This document shows positions 53,995-63,476 of a DNA stretch of 63,956 bases, piece after piece. The position numbers and the translations under genes are program-made. The notes beneath the pieces are model-generated. The model ran no database searches. It was not told the origin of the DNA and saw only the letters and a list, made by a program, of their open reading frames with translations. The stretch lies in the NCBI GenBank assembly GCA_036399335.1, contig DASWNF010000002.1:1-63956 (forward strand), given 5' to 3'. Each line of letters starts with the position of its first letter. Position 1 is the first letter of the stretch. The DNA is from Minisyncoccota bacterium. Its GTDB lineage: Bacteria; Patescibacteriota; Minisyncoccia; Phycocordibacterales; Phycocordibacteraceae.

Positions 53995-54441
53995 CTAGGA
54001 CTTGGCGCGCATTGCCTTTTCGGCCGCAAGGATGGCGAGGCGTGCGATCTCCTTATCGCTCTCGCGAAGCGCGCGTGCACGAGCCTCTTCGGCGCGTGCC
54101 TCAGCATCGGTCGCGATGCCGGCAGCACGCTCTTCAGCTTCGCGGATGAGGCGCGCGCGCTCTTCAGCTGCGCTCGCGCGCGCCGAGGCGACGATGCCCT
54201 CCGCTTCCCCTTCGGCAGCACGGACGGTCGTTGCGGCCTTCTCGTCAGCACCCGAAAGGAGCTCATGGGCTGCCTCGGCTTCGCGCACTCCTTCGGCAAT
54301 CTTCTCCCGGCGCTCGTCGAGCGTCTTCAGTACCGGCTTATACAGCAAGTACGAGAGCGCGAGGAAGAGTACGCCGAAGTTCACCGCTTGCGCGATGATG
54401 AGCGAGAGGTCGATGCCAAAGGTGCCAAACAGCTGCTGCAT
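53995..54441 (-). CDS. atpF: Fo ATP synthase subunit b
   Basis: N-terminal TM LIIAQAVNFGVLFLALSYLLYKPV followed by a long Ala/Glu/Arg-rich helix. Confidence 0.85.
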   Translation of the reverse strand: MQQLFGTFGIDLSLIIAQAVNFGVLFLALSYLLYKPVLKTLDERREKIAEGVREAEAAHELLSGADEKAATTVRAAEGEAEGIVASARASAAEERARLIREAEERAAGIATDAEARAEEARARALRESDKEIARLAILAAEKAMRAKS

Positions 54442-54458
54442 GCGGTGAGATTAGGCGG

Positions 54459-54698
<240 letters not shown>

Positions 54699-54776
54699 TT
54701 AACCTATAAATGCTCCTTGAGGAGCTCGATACGGCCAGTATACCTGAACCGCTCGCCACCCTGAACCCCTCCCGCG

Positions 54777-55583
54777 TTAATGCTCTGCGTGGGGGTCCAT
54801 GATTGCGAGTTTTATGAAGAAGAGGGTGAGCATCGCGAAGACGACTGCCTGGATGAATCCGACGAATACCTCAAAGGCCATGAGAGGAACCGGGAGGAGA
54901 TACGCGACAAAGAACATGGCGACGACAATCATGACCTCGCCGGCAAAAATATTACCGAAAAGACGGAATGAGAAGGAGATGATGCGTCCGAGATTGGAGA
55001 TGATTTCGATGATGCCGACGAAGAACCCTGAGATTGAATGGAAATTGAAGTACTTGCCGCCGTAGGACTTGGCACCAAGGATGGCGAGGCTTGCGATCTC
55101 GATAGTAAAGAAAGAAATGAAGGCGAGCGCGAGGGTGAAGTTAAGGTCAGCTCCCGGAGCGCGGAACAGGGGCGTAAGTCCGTGCTCGCCCTCGACGCCG
55201 ATTGAGCCGACACCAGGAAGGAACGCCATCTCGTTCCCGACAAGCACGAAAAGGAAGATGGTCATCACGAGCGGGAAGAACCGGCGCGCGAGCTTCGCGT
55301 CTTCAAGCACGTCCTCCATATAGCCGAGCACGCCCTCGAAGAGCCATTCGACACCGGCTTGGAGCTTTCCGGGGATGAGTGCGATCTTGCGCCTAAAGAG
55401 GAGCGCGAAGATGACGAGCACGGCCATGACGACCCATGTCATAAGAAGGCTGTTCGTAAGCGTAAGCCCGAGGAAATGCCCCACCGGCTCTGCCTTGAGG
55501 ACTACGTGCATGCCGCCGCCTGCGTGCTCAGCCGCTTCAGCGCCATGCTCTACCGTTTCAGCCGCGTACGCTATGAGCGCCAT
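54777..55583 (-). CDS. atpB: Fo ATP synthase subunit a
   Basis: ISFSFRLFGNIFAGE (conserved Arg). Multi-TM. ATG at 55583 (an alternative is at 55622). Confidence 0.9.
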   Translation of the reverse strand: MALIAYAAETVEHGAEAAEHAGGGMHVVLKAEPVGHFLGLTLTNSLLMTWVVMAVLVIFALLFRRKIALIPGKLQAGVEWLFEGVLGYMEDVLEDAKLARRFFPLVMTIFLFVLVGNEMAFLPGVGSIGVEGEHGLTPLFRAPGADLNFTLALAFISFFTIEIASLAILGAKSYGGKYFNFHSISGFFVGIIEIISNLGRIISFSFRLFGNIFAGEVMIVVAMFFVAYLLPVPLMAFEVFVGFIQAVVFAMLTLFFIKLAIMDPHAEH

Positions 55584-55706
55584 AGGTGAAATACAGTACA
55601 AAAAGACCCTACCCGGGGCCATACTCCTGCCATATGCCTATAGTCTACCAAAGACCTGCCTCTGGTGAAAGAGGAGAGCGCGCAGGTATGGCCTGCGCGC
55701 TCTGTA

Positions 55707-56390
55707 TTACTTCGTTCCCCGAAGCCGCTTCTCGATTTCCCTGCTTGCGGCAAGCACTTCGAGGAAGGATTCGTGCGGCGAAGATGCGGGCGTGTAGCCC
55801 CCGTGAAGAGAGTCGACCCATGCCCGTTTCAAGACCACGAGCAAGTCATGGATGCTCGAGTCCGGATGGGCCTGGCACATACGCCACAGGGCGGATTCGA
55901 GCTTCTCTCTACCCGCGCTGTTTGCCTGTTCGCGGACTTGCGCGAGGATGTACTCGACCACCCCCTTCCCCGTATCGCCCGGGAATTTGCGGTACTCGTC
56001 CACCAGCCAGTCCATTACGGCATTGGTGGGCACTCCGCGGACGGCGCGCGCCCAGAGCCAGACAATTCTCCTCAAAAGCGACTTACGGCCCTCGAAATAC
56101 TGGAACGGCTTCCCTTGCCGCGGATTGGGGAAGGACCGATACAACTCGACAATGGCCTTGAACTCTTTCTCAATAGGCCACCGTGTGTTGCGCAGTGCGG
56201 CCAGGAATGCCTTTGTGTGGAGCTCTACCTCGTCGCCAAGGGTGCCATCGTGATTGAAGATTCTCTTCGTGAGGTTGGCGAGCTTGGAGGCTTGCCCGGC
56301 AGGCGTCATGCGCCTAAGCAATTCTGCCGTCCCCACGTGGCCGTGCCGGTGCAGCAGGCTTTGGGCGCTTTCGTATACTCCAGCGTTCAT
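55707..56390 (-). CDS. hypothetical helical protein
   Basis: AAGGAAG SD before the ATG at 56390. 227 aa with high GC3. The plus-strand ORF 55665..56408 is judged a shadow frame. Confidence 0.5.
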   Translation of the reverse strand: MNAGVYESAQSLLHRHGHVGTAELLRRMTPAGQASKLANLTKRIFNHDGTLGDEVELHTKAFLAALRNTRWPIEKEFKAIVELYRSFPNPRQGKPFQYFEGRKSLLRRIVWLWARAVRGVPTNAVMDWLVDEYRKFPGDTGKGVVEYILAQVREQANSAGREKLESALWRMCQAHPDSSIHDLLVVLKRAWVDSLHGGYTPASSPHESFLEVLAASREIEKRLRGTK

Positions 56391-56496
56391 CTTCTTCTTC
56401 CTTATTAGGGGCCTGGGCCCTTGTGCGTCTCGCGGGCGAGACAAGTACGGATTGCCTGAGCATCCATGGGGAGTCTGCACCCACTTGCTCAGGCGG

Positions 56497-57066
56497 TCAA
56501 TCAGTGAGGTACGGGGACGGATCAACGGCGCCAAAGTAGCCGTTTTGGGGAAATGCCTTTGAGAACCGGCCTGTAATGCCGCGCTTCACGGGCTTAAGCT
56601 CGAAGTGAAGATGCGGGCCGGAAGAAAGGCCCGTGCTCCCTGCCCAACCGATGAGCTGCCCGGCCGTAACCGTATCTCCTTTACGGACGGCAAAGGCGTC
56701 AAGGTGCCAATAATAGGTGCGTGCAAACCAGAGCTTCCGGTCGGGTAGCGAATCAAACCTGAAGCGGTCGACGGTACGGATGACGATACCGAGCCCGCGA
56801 TTCGTTTCTTGCTCGAGCTTCTCAACTACGCCATCGGTAGCTGCATATACCGGCTGGCCTTCTCGTGCCGCGAGATCGATACCGTTATGGCCCTTAAGTC
56901 CGAGCGAGGCGTAGAGCGAACCGAATCCGGGAGGACATGCCTCATCTCGAAGCCGCGTCGTGCATAACGTCTTTGTGGAGAGGTCGACGCAGGTGAGGTC
57001 ATCCCCAAAATTTTGCGTGGGCGTACATGGAGTGATGGGCTTCCGTAATCGGAGGCGTTCGGCCAT
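56497..57066 (-). CDS. M23 family metallopeptidase
   Basis: HNGIDLAA (HxxxD), GQLIGWAGSTGLSSGPHLHFE (HxH). Confidence 0.85.
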   Translation of the reverse strand: MAERLRLRKPITPCTPTQNFGDDLTCVDLSTKTLCTTRLRDEACPPGFGSLYASLGLKGHNGIDLAAREGQPVYAATDGVVEKLEQETNRGLGIVIRTVDRFRFDSLPDRKLWFARTYYWHLDAFAVRKGDTVTAGQLIGWAGSTGLSSGPHLHFELKPVKRGITGRFSKAFPQNGYFGAVDPSPYLTD

Positions 57067-57116
57067 GCACTAAGTATACGATGCCGAGGCATCACAAAGC
57101 GCACGTTAGCCGCAGC

Positions 57117-57620
57117 CTACTTCCCTTTCTTTAGGGCTTCGAGGTCGGCGAGTACGCGCCCCACATCCTTCATCAGCTGCTCGAGTACGGCGACGTCATC
57201 CTTGGCAACGGCCTGGTGCTCAAGGACACGGTCGCGGAGTTCGTCCTCGTTCATCTCCTCGACGTCTTCTTGGATCTCATCAATGTCCTCACTCATCTCC
57301 TCAACGTCTTCTTGGAGCTCATCGATGTCTTCGCCGATCTCTTCCATGTCCTCCTGAATTTCGTCGATGTCTTCCTCGACTTCGCGGAGGCTCTCGGTGT
57401 TCGAGTTCACGGTCATCTGGATGAAGATGGCGAGATAGATGGCCTCGAGCGAGACGAGGGTCGTGAGCACGAGGAGCATGGTCTCAAGGGCGACGAGGCC
57501 AAGGACGACCACGAGGAAGAAACTCGCAAATACGAAGGTGTGGAGGATGAGTGACGGCACGGAGCCGACCCATGACGTGACCCGGAAGGTCAGCGCTTCT
57601 TTTTCCGGACGAGGCTTCAT
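57117..57620 (-). CDS. two-TM membrane protein with acidic repeat tail (DUF1003-like, tentative)
   Basis: ATG at 57620. The TM pair ends in VSLEAIYLAIFIQMTVNSN. The C-terminal half is EDIDEIQEDVEEM-type repeats. Confidence 0.5.
   Translation of the reverse strand: MKPRPEKEALTFRVTSWVGSVPSLILHTFVFASFFLVVVLGLVALETMLLVLTTLVSLEAIYLAIFIQMTVNSNTESLREVEEDIDEIQEDMEEIGEDIDELQEDVEEMSEDIDEIQEDVEEMNEDELRDRVLEHQAVAKDDVAVLEQLMKDVGRVLADLEALKKGK
57252..57377. repeat. three 42-nt tandem repeats (14-aa acidic units)
   Basis: 57252-57293, 57294-57335 and 57336-57377. CATCTCCTCxACGTCTTCTTGGAxCTCATCxATGTC... repeats with few changes. Confidence 0.8.
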
Positions 57621-57717
57621 ATACGGAGACCGTACCACTGTCCGCACTTGATTGTCTATGAAGCGGCCTGCGCTATGCGAGTTCAAGCGGTTCCCATACG
57701 GGACAGAGGCAGCTAGA

Positions 57718-58830
57718 ATGCAGGGCATGGACATGAAGCGCACGCCGCGCACCCTGATACCGCGGCCACGTATTGAGGGCAAGCAGCACGCATTCCCGTT
57801 GCGGAACCTTGGGAGGCGCCGCGCGACAGCACCGAGCTGGATTCGGCCCTGGCTTCCCGTACTTGGCTCCGCGCTCGCCGTGGCAATTGCCATTTTCTCA
57901 CTGCCAACCGTCCTCGCCATCGACCTCGCGCATGACGCGGCAGAGGCTCCTCAGAATGCGTTCCCGGTAACGGTGGACGCCGAACGCAAGGTCATTACCG
58001 AGGACCCGGCCGTCGAAGAGCTCCTGACCGTTGCACCGAGCGGACTTGCCGCCGCCGCCAACCTCGCCGACCTCGCGTACACCTGGCTTGCCGTGCGCAT
58101 TTCAGAAACGGCGCCGTATCGGCAGGTCGCGGGTATCGCCGGCATCGACAGCCTCTTCGTCACCATCTATCCCGGACAGCGTGCGGAGGAAGTCGCCGCG
58201 GCCTTCGGGAGCAAGCTCGAGTGGACAAAGGCCGAGCGCGCCGCATTCCTTAAGGAAGTCGAGGCGACCGAGCCAGGCCTTCCTGACGGACAGTTCGTAC
58301 CCGGTACGTATTTCATCGGTGTGACGTCCCCTGACGATGTCGCACACGTTACCCAGGAACGTTTTAATGCGGAGATTCTTTCTAGGTACAGCAGCACGAC
58401 CGAAGCGCGCGTGCCGCTTGAGGACGCCATTATCATCGCCTCGCTCCTCGAACGGGAGGCCGGAGGCTGGGAAGACATGCGCCTCATTTCGGGCGTGATT
58501 TGGAACCGCCTGTTCATCGGAATGAACCTGCAAATTGACGCGACGATGCAGTACAGCAAGTCGACCCTCGCGAATGGCGAGGGTGGCTGGTGGCCGACGC
58601 CCATACCTGCCGACAAGAACATCCGGCATGCGTATAACACGTACCGCCGCTCAGGGCTTCCTCCGGGACCCATCGCAAGCCCTTCCATCGCCGCAGTCGT
58701 TGCCGCGCTGAACCCGAAGAAGACCGATTGCCTTTTTTACTTCCATGACCAGTACGGACGGTTCCACTGCTCGCCGAACTACGAAGGACACGTCGCCCTC
58801 CTCAAGAAGCACTACGGCCAAGGCCGCTAG
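57718..58830 (+). CDS. mltG: endolytic murein transglycosylase MltG (YceG-like)
   Basis: IIASLLEREAG, ISGVIWNRL, LQIDATMQY, YNTYRRSGLPPGPIASPS. A GAGG SD precedes the ATG at 57718. Confidence 0.85.
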   Translation: MQGMDMKRTPRTLIPRPRIEGKQHAFPLRNLGRRRATAPSWIRPWLPVLGSALAVAIAIFSLPTVLAIDLAHDAAEAPQNAFPVTVDAERKVITEDPAVEELLTVAPSGLAAAANLADLAYTWLAVRISETAPYRQVAGIAGIDSLFVTIYPGQRAEEVAAAFGSKLEWTKAERAAFLKEVEATEPGLPDGQFVPGTYFIGVTSPDDVAHVTQERFNAEILSRYSSTTEARVPLEDAIIIASLLEREAGGWEDMRLISGVIWNRLFIGMNLQIDATMQYSKSTLANGEGGWWPTPIPADKNIRHAYNTYRRSGLPPGPIASPSIAAVVAALNPKKTDCLFYFHDQYGRFHCSPNYEGHVALLKKHYGQGR

Positions 58831-59477
58831 CGCGCATTCTTAGAACGTACGAAAAGATAGTACCCGAGCGCGGCGAGGGCGAGGAGCAGGAGGGTTGCGG
58901 CGAGTATCGTTCCTTCGAGTTGGTCCATGACGTCCACGTATTTGATGTAGTACTCGCCGGTCTTCCAGCCAAGGAGCCCGAGCCCGTACGCACGGAGCAA
59001 GGAGCCAAGGAAGGTAAGCACGAGAAAGCGCGAGAATGGGTACCGCACGACACCGCAGAACCCTGAGAGCGCAAAGCCCGGGATTATGGGCACCAACCGT
59101 AGGAGGAAGAGCATGACCTCATCGCGCTTACCGCGGGTCATCTTGCGTTCAATGCGTTCGATATCGTGCCAGGAGACGCCGGTCATCTTCCGGGTCTTCT
59201 CTATGATCGGTTTACCGCCGTAGTATGCGACCGCATAGAATGCCGCCGAGCCAAGGCTGATGCCTAGGGCAACCGGTATGGCGACGAGGAAAATGGACTC
59301 GAGGGCGACGAGGGGGAACGACGCCGTGGCTGGAAGTAGGAAGAAGCCCGCAGCAAGCGGTACGAGCGCAGACGGGATAGGGGCGACGACTTCCTCGACA
59401 ATGGTCGCCCAAAAGACGCCCCACGCGCCGTAGGCAACGATAACCGACTGGATATACGTAACTGATTGTTCAATCAT
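58827..59477 (-). CDS. DedA/VTT-domain membrane protein
   Basis: GVFWATIVEEVVAPIPSALVPLAAGFF...RLVPIIPGFALSGFCG. 216 aa. Confidence 0.7.
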   Translation of the reverse strand: MIEQSVTYIQSVIVAYGAWGVFWATIVEEVVAPIPSALVPLAAGFFLLPATASFPLVALESIFLVAIPVALGISLGSAAFYAVAYYGGKPIIEKTRKMTGVSWHDIERIERKMTRGKRDEVMLFLLRLVPIIPGFALSGFCGVVRYPFSRFLVLTFLGSLLRAYGLGLLGWKTGEYYIKYVDVMDQLEGTILAATLLLLALAALGYYLFVRSKNAR

Positions 59478-59755
59478 GCCTCAGGGCCCTTACGGCGATA
59501 ATACAACGTCAAAAACAGGACGAGCCACGAGCCCACCATGCCGAGGAAGAAGCTCAGGATAATAGTGATATTCCTTTCGTAAAATCCATAGAACGTCCAC
59601 ACTGTCGTGCCGATGACGAAGATGATGAATGAGGATATGGACACGTCCCCCGCTGACTTCGTCTTGAATATCTTATACGCCTGCGGGTAGTAACCGATCG
59701 AAAAGGCGAATCCGACTACGGTGACCGTGGCTTGAATGACTGAGTCGAGGGTCAT
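59474..59755 (-). CDS. SemiSWEET / PQ-loop transporter
   Basis: 93 aa with 3 TM and a PQ motif (IGYYPQAYKIFKTKSAGDVS). ATGA overlaps at both ends. Confidence 0.7.
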   Translation of the reverse strand: MTLDSVIQATVTVVGFAFSIGYYPQAYKIFKTKSAGDVSISSFIIFVIGTTVWTFYGFYERNITIILSFFLGMVGSWLVLFLTLYYRRKGPEA

Positions 59756-60417
59756 GCCTTTTCTTTCGGTATCTTCTTCTTGCGATGCTTCTCCTCGCGC
59801 GCGACGAACCACTTGTCTTTCTCGTCAAACCACCACGCATCCGGGTGCATGCTGAGGAGCCGCTTGCACACGAGCTTTCCTGCCGGGGTCTTGATGCGCT
59901 TGGCGGCGATCGTCACCCACGCCTTTGCCTTGCCGTTCCCTTTTACCTCTTCTTCCCGGAGCGAGGCAATCCATTCGAGCTGGTCGGCATCCTTCACGAG
60001 GATAGATTCCGGCGTTATGCGCGCCTGCTCCTCGTTGTAGAGGTCGAGAAGTTCCTGGCCGAAGGGCACGTCGGCTGCGAGGTCTTCAAGCGCCATGCGC
60101 TCGGCGAGCCGCCCGTACCGCTGGTGCACGTAGTTCGGGTCACCCGTGCGGCCTTCGCCGAGGTCGTGCGTGAGCGCCATAAGGAGGACCTTGGATCGGT
60201 CGACGCCGGGCGTCACGTAGGCAAGCGCATAGGCGATCATCGCCGTCCGGAAGAGGTGCTCGGCAACCGACTGCTGGCCGCTCCCAAGGAACCAGAAACC
60301 CGAGCGCGGCGTCTGCTTATGGATGCCCATTTCATAGACGAAGCGCGCGAGCGGGTCTGCACCCGCGGTTTTAGCCCTGCCCACCTTCTTGCCGGTCTTC
60401 TTTGGCGACTTGTTCAT
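59752..60417 (-). CDS. HD domain phosphohydrolase (YfbR-like)
   Basis: SVAEHLFRTAMIA...ALTHDLGEGRTGD...KDADQLE, the H...HD...D metal motifs. ATG at 60417. Confidence 0.75.
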   Translation of the reverse strand: MNKSPKKTGKKVGRAKTAGADPLARFVYEMGIHKQTPRSGFWFLGSGQQSVAEHLFRTAMIAYALAYVTPGVDRSKVLLMALTHDLGEGRTGDPNYVHQRYGRLAERMALEDLAADVPFGQELLDLYNEEQARITPESILVKDADQLEWIASLREEEVKGNGKAKAWVTIAAKRIKTPAGKLVCKRLLSMHPDAWWFDEKDKWFVAREEKHRKKKIPKEKA

Positions 60418-60516
60418 TACCAGATAATACACCAACCCGGCTATGGTTTTCCTGAAGCCCCTTTGGTATCGTGCTGTTGCGGAGAAATAGCGATAGCGTG
60501 CAGTCATCTCTTCTGT

Positions 60517-60587
60517 CGGGCCGTGGTATAGTGGTATTACGTACGCTTCGGGTGCGTATAACCCGAGTTCGATTCTCGGCGGCCCGA
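60517..60587 (+). tRNA. tRNA-Pro (anticodon CGG)
   Basis: Acceptor CGGGCCG/CGGCCCG, anticodon arm TACGC-TTCGGGT-GCGTA, T arm CCGAG-TTCGATT-CTCGG, discriminator A. CCA is not encoded. Confidence 0.85.
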
Positions 60588-60658
60588 CAGAGGATGTGAC
60601 TATTTCGTAGCAAGTTAGGCGGAACTTTATTCCCTTCGGGGCTCGCGGCCCGACAGAG
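60579..60658 (+). repeat. 14-nt direct repeat of the tRNA-Pro 3' end
   Basis: GCGGCCCGACAGAG at 60579-60592 (tRNA 3' end plus trailer) and again at 60645-60658. Confidence 0.7.
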
Positions 60659-60690
60659 AAGGTAAGGCAGTGAAGTGTTTGCTGCTAATA

Positions 60691-60721
60691 GAAAAGGCGC
60701 CTCGGTGTGAGGCGCCTTTTC
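60691..60721. terminator. hairpin terminator
   Basis: GAAAAGGCGCCTC-GGTGT-GAGGCGCCTTTTC followed by TATTTCTT. Confidence 0.7.
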
Positions 60722-61113
60722 TATTTCTTGATACCCAGCCGTTCCCGGAGCGCTTCCAGTTTATTCTCAACAGCCCCGTCTTCATTCCTCGAGTAAATGC
60801 CGGTCACGTCGTCCGCGCGTACCGCGCGTTCGCTCGCAATCTCATGGGGTGCTTCGATGATGTGCGAGCCCTCTCCGACGAAGTGATGCGTTCCGTCGCC
60901 GCGGCTCCAGTACACGTTGCTCCCCCAGCGACTCTTATCCAACTTCCCTTGTGCCTCTGCCCTATTCCTTACTTCCCCGTGCTCGAAGAGGTCTTGGATG
61001 GCCTCATCCCCGTGGACGCTACGATATACGTGGTCCGGGGAGGTCGGCAGTCCGCCATCCTTAAATCCCATAATGTTGCCTATGTTATTCGGGTTCTTTT
61101 TCGGCCCTTCCAT
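60721..61113 (-). CDS. hypothetical protein
   Basis: 130 aa (MEGPKKNPNNIGNIMGFKDGGLPTSPDHVYR...). No family recognised. Confidence 0.5.
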   Translation of the reverse strand: MEGPKKNPNNIGNIMGFKDGGLPTSPDHVYRSVHGDEAIQDLFEHGEVRNRAEAQGKLDKSRWGSNVYWSRGDGTHHFVGEGSHIIEAPHEIASERAVRADDVTGIYSRNEDGAVENKLEALRERLGIKK

Positions 61114-61170
61114 TGGTTTTCATCATACTACTTCATTGCCCTATCACCCTAGCTCGTCCATAATTAAGCT

Positions 61171-61773
61171 ATGAATACGAACACCAGGACTGCTGCAATC
61201 ATCGGGCTGATTATTCTTGTTGCCATTGCCATCTACGCCTTCGCGAGCTCGAACGAACGCAAGGAGGAGGTGGTCGCCGAGCCCATGAACTTTACCGAGT
61301 GCGCAGAGCGCTATCCCGTCATGGAAAGCTACCCGCGCCGCTGCGTCTCGCCGAGCGGCGTACAATTCGTCGAAACGGTCGCAACGACGACGGCTCCTGC
61401 ACCGACCCCAACCACGCCGACTACCCCTGCCCAGCCGCAGACGTCCGGTATCCCGAACCTCATTACCGTATCGTCACCGACCCGCGACCAGAAGGTCTCC
61501 TCGCCCCTTACCGTCACCGGCCAGGCACGCGGTACGTGGTACTTCGAAGCTTCCTTCCCGGTTGAGCTCCGCGATACCTCGGGACGGCTTATCGCACAGG
61601 GGCCTGCACAAGCGCAGGGCGAGTGGATGACCGAAAACTTCGTTCCCTTCCGCGCTTCGCTTACCTACCCTGCGCAGCCTGCGGGCTCAAAGGGCACGCT
61701 CATCCTCCGCAAGGACAATCCTTCGGGCGACCCTGCGCGCGACCAGAGCGTAAGCATCCCGGTTACGTTTTAA
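61171..61773 (+). CDS. Gmad2 Ig-like domain protein, membrane-anchored
   Basis: N-terminal anchor and a T/P linker, then SSPLTVTGQARGTWYFEASFPVELRDTSGRLIAQGPAQAQGEWMTENFVPF, which is typical of Gmad2 domains. Confidence 0.6.
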   Translation: MNTNTRTAAIIGLIILVAIAIYAFASSNERKEEVVAEPMNFTECAERYPVMESYPRRCVSPSGVQFVETVATTTAPAPTPTTPTTPAQPQTSGIPNLITVSSPTRDQKVSSPLTVTGQARGTWYFEASFPVELRDTSGRLIAQGPAQAQGEWMTENFVPFRASLTYPAQPAGSKGTLILRKDNPSGDPARDQSVSIPVTF

Positions 61774-61781
61774 AATGACCT

Positions 61782-61821
61782 AAAAGAAAAGCCGCTGCAT
61801 CACTGCAGCGGCTTTTCTTTT
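61782..61821. terminator. bidirectional terminator
   Basis: AAAAGAAAAGCCGCTGCA-TCAC-TGCAGCGGCTTTTCTTTT. Confidence 0.85.
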
Positions 61822-61831
61822 AGGTGCCCAA

Positions 61832-62791
61832 TTAATTGAGACCTAGTTTCTCTAGGGCTTCTTCGTCGGTCATCCACTTCTTCGGCGCGGTAACCTTCAC
61901 CTTCTTGTTGAGCTTACTCGTATCCATCGAGATAAAGAGGTCAGTCGTCTGGTCATTTGCCACATCGCGCACCTCTTCTCCGGTAGCCATGCGTACCGGC
62001 ATACCGGTTGCCTTATCAAAGGCCACGAGCATCCAGGCCTCGCTCACGAAGCGATCCATGTAGCTCTTGCTGTCGAGCCCCTCGCGGAAGCCGTCAAAGT
62101 TAAGGTCGGTTCCTTCCTCGTCCTCGCCGTTAAGGAGCTGGTCGAGTTCCTTGTAGTAGGCGACGGCCGTATCGCGGTTCATCTCGAGGTAATAGGCATC
62201 GGTGCGGAACTTGCCCACCTTAAGCGCAACCGGGGCCTCGTTTGAGATCCACAGGTTGTGCTTGAGTTCGAGCGCGCGGCGCTTCTCGCGCAATTCATTC
62301 TCACGGGCGCTTGAGGAGAAGGTCGTCGTGAACGTCAGCAAGCCGACCGTCCCGAGTTTGTCATCGAATTCCTCCACGTCCTTTTCGTGTATGCGTATCC
62401 ACTTATTCTTGATTCCCTTATTGTCTGCGTTCTTAATCTTTATGTATGCGTATTCATCCTTCTGGATCGCATCCACCTTGAGTTTTGCCGTCTGGTCAGG
62501 AGTCACGATGGTCGCGTTCAAGGAGCCTATAAAGTCATAGTACGAGCCAGCGCGGCCCTGCTTCACGGCTGATCCCTCGAGGGTCGCCTCAATGGTTGCT
62601 TCAAGCTCGCCGGAAACCTCGACGCTGCCGGCCATGCGAGCGTCGATATCTCCTGACTGTATCTTCGAATCGTTCTCGACGAAGGCCTTATACGGGTTGG
62701 TAAGGGTCGCTGCGGAAACCGAGGTCGCAAGGGCCAGGAAAACAATAATAAGCGAGCCGAAAGCGCCAAGGGCACGGTATTGATGGGTCAT
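61832..62791 (-). CDS. secreted hypothetical protein
   Basis: ATG at 62791. Signal peptide ALGAFGSLIIVFLALATSVSA. 319 aa. Confidence 0.55.
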   Translation of the reverse strand: MTHQYRALGAFGSLIIVFLALATSVSAATLTNPYKAFVENDSKIQSGDIDARMAGSVEVSGELEATIEATLEGSAVKQGRAGSYYDFIGSLNATIVTPDQTAKLKVDAIQKDEYAYIKIKNADNKGIKNKWIRIHEKDVEEFDDKLGTVGLLTFTTTFSSSARENELREKRRALELKHNLWISNEAPVALKVGKFRTDAYYLEMNRDTAVAYYKELDQLLNGEDEEGTDLNFDGFREGLDSKSYMDRFVSEAWMLVAFDKATGMPVRMATGEEVRDVANDQTTDLFISMDTSKLNKKVKVTAPKKWMTDEEALEKLGLN

Positions 62792-62890
62792 GGCCAAAGT
62801 GTAGCCCCTTGTTACCAAAGCACAAGTATGGGGTGGTAAGAGCCGCCAAGCACCTACACCTGGATAAGAGGCCTTGAAGATTGGGCGCAA

Positions 62891-63397
62891 CTAAGACCTT
62901 TCCATGTACGTTAGCAAGGCGTCAGGCGTTTCAAAGAATTTTCCCGTTTTTGAGTACCACTTCTTACTCGTTGAGAGATTATTGTCGCGTTCAGAGGAAC
63001 TCGCTATCACTCCCCGAGCGGTTGCTATCCGATAGCCTCTACCGACTGCGCCCATGGCCGTGTCCTGTACGCAGCCACTGCCATTAATTCCCATAAGGAC
63101 TATGTCTTTCGTACCGAGACGCTTCAATATTTCGTTAAGGTTCGTATTACGGAACCCGCTGTTATGAGGCTTCCGTATAAGGAAGTTTGGTTTAACCCGT
63201 TGCGTCTCCTCAGTTAACGAAGAAACTGTCTTACCTCTACCAGTACCTTCGTACTCCAGGACTATCACGGGAATCTTCTTACGAGCACAAAGTTGGATTA
63301 CGGCGGCCTGGTTCAAAATAAGTTCCTTGCGTTTTTCTGCCGGAATTCTTTTAAGGAAGAAGTCCTGCATGTCTACTAACATGACCGCAAGTTTCAT
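62891..63397 (-). CDS. isochorismatase-family cysteine hydrolase
   Basis: VMLVDMQDFF (Asp), IRKPHNSGF (Lys) and GINGSGCVQDTA (Cys). Lower GC (about 46%). Confidence 0.7.
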   Translation of the reverse strand: MKLAVMLVDMQDFFLKRIPAEKRKELILNQAAVIQLCARKKIPVIVLEYEGTGRGKTVSSLTEETQRVKPNFLIRKPHNSGFRNTNLNEILKRLGTKDIVLMGINGSGCVQDTAMGAVGRGYRIATARGVIASSSERDNNLSTSKKWYSKTGKFFETPDALLTYMERS

Positions 63398-63476
63398 GTA
63401 GAAATAGTATCACTCTCATCGTCTTGAGGGACGAGAATGGGCTTGAGAGCCTCGGATCGAATAAGATTAGAACCTC

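Noticed and set aside
55665-56408. 247-aa plus-strand ORF competing with 55707..56390(-)
   Set aside because: The minus frame has an AAGGAAG SD, high GC3 and a helical, protein-like sequence. The plus frame does not.
59785-60531. 248-aa plus-strand ORF opposite the HD-domain gene, running into tRNA-Pro
   Set aside because: HD motifs are on the minus strand. The plus ORF would overlap the tRNA gene.
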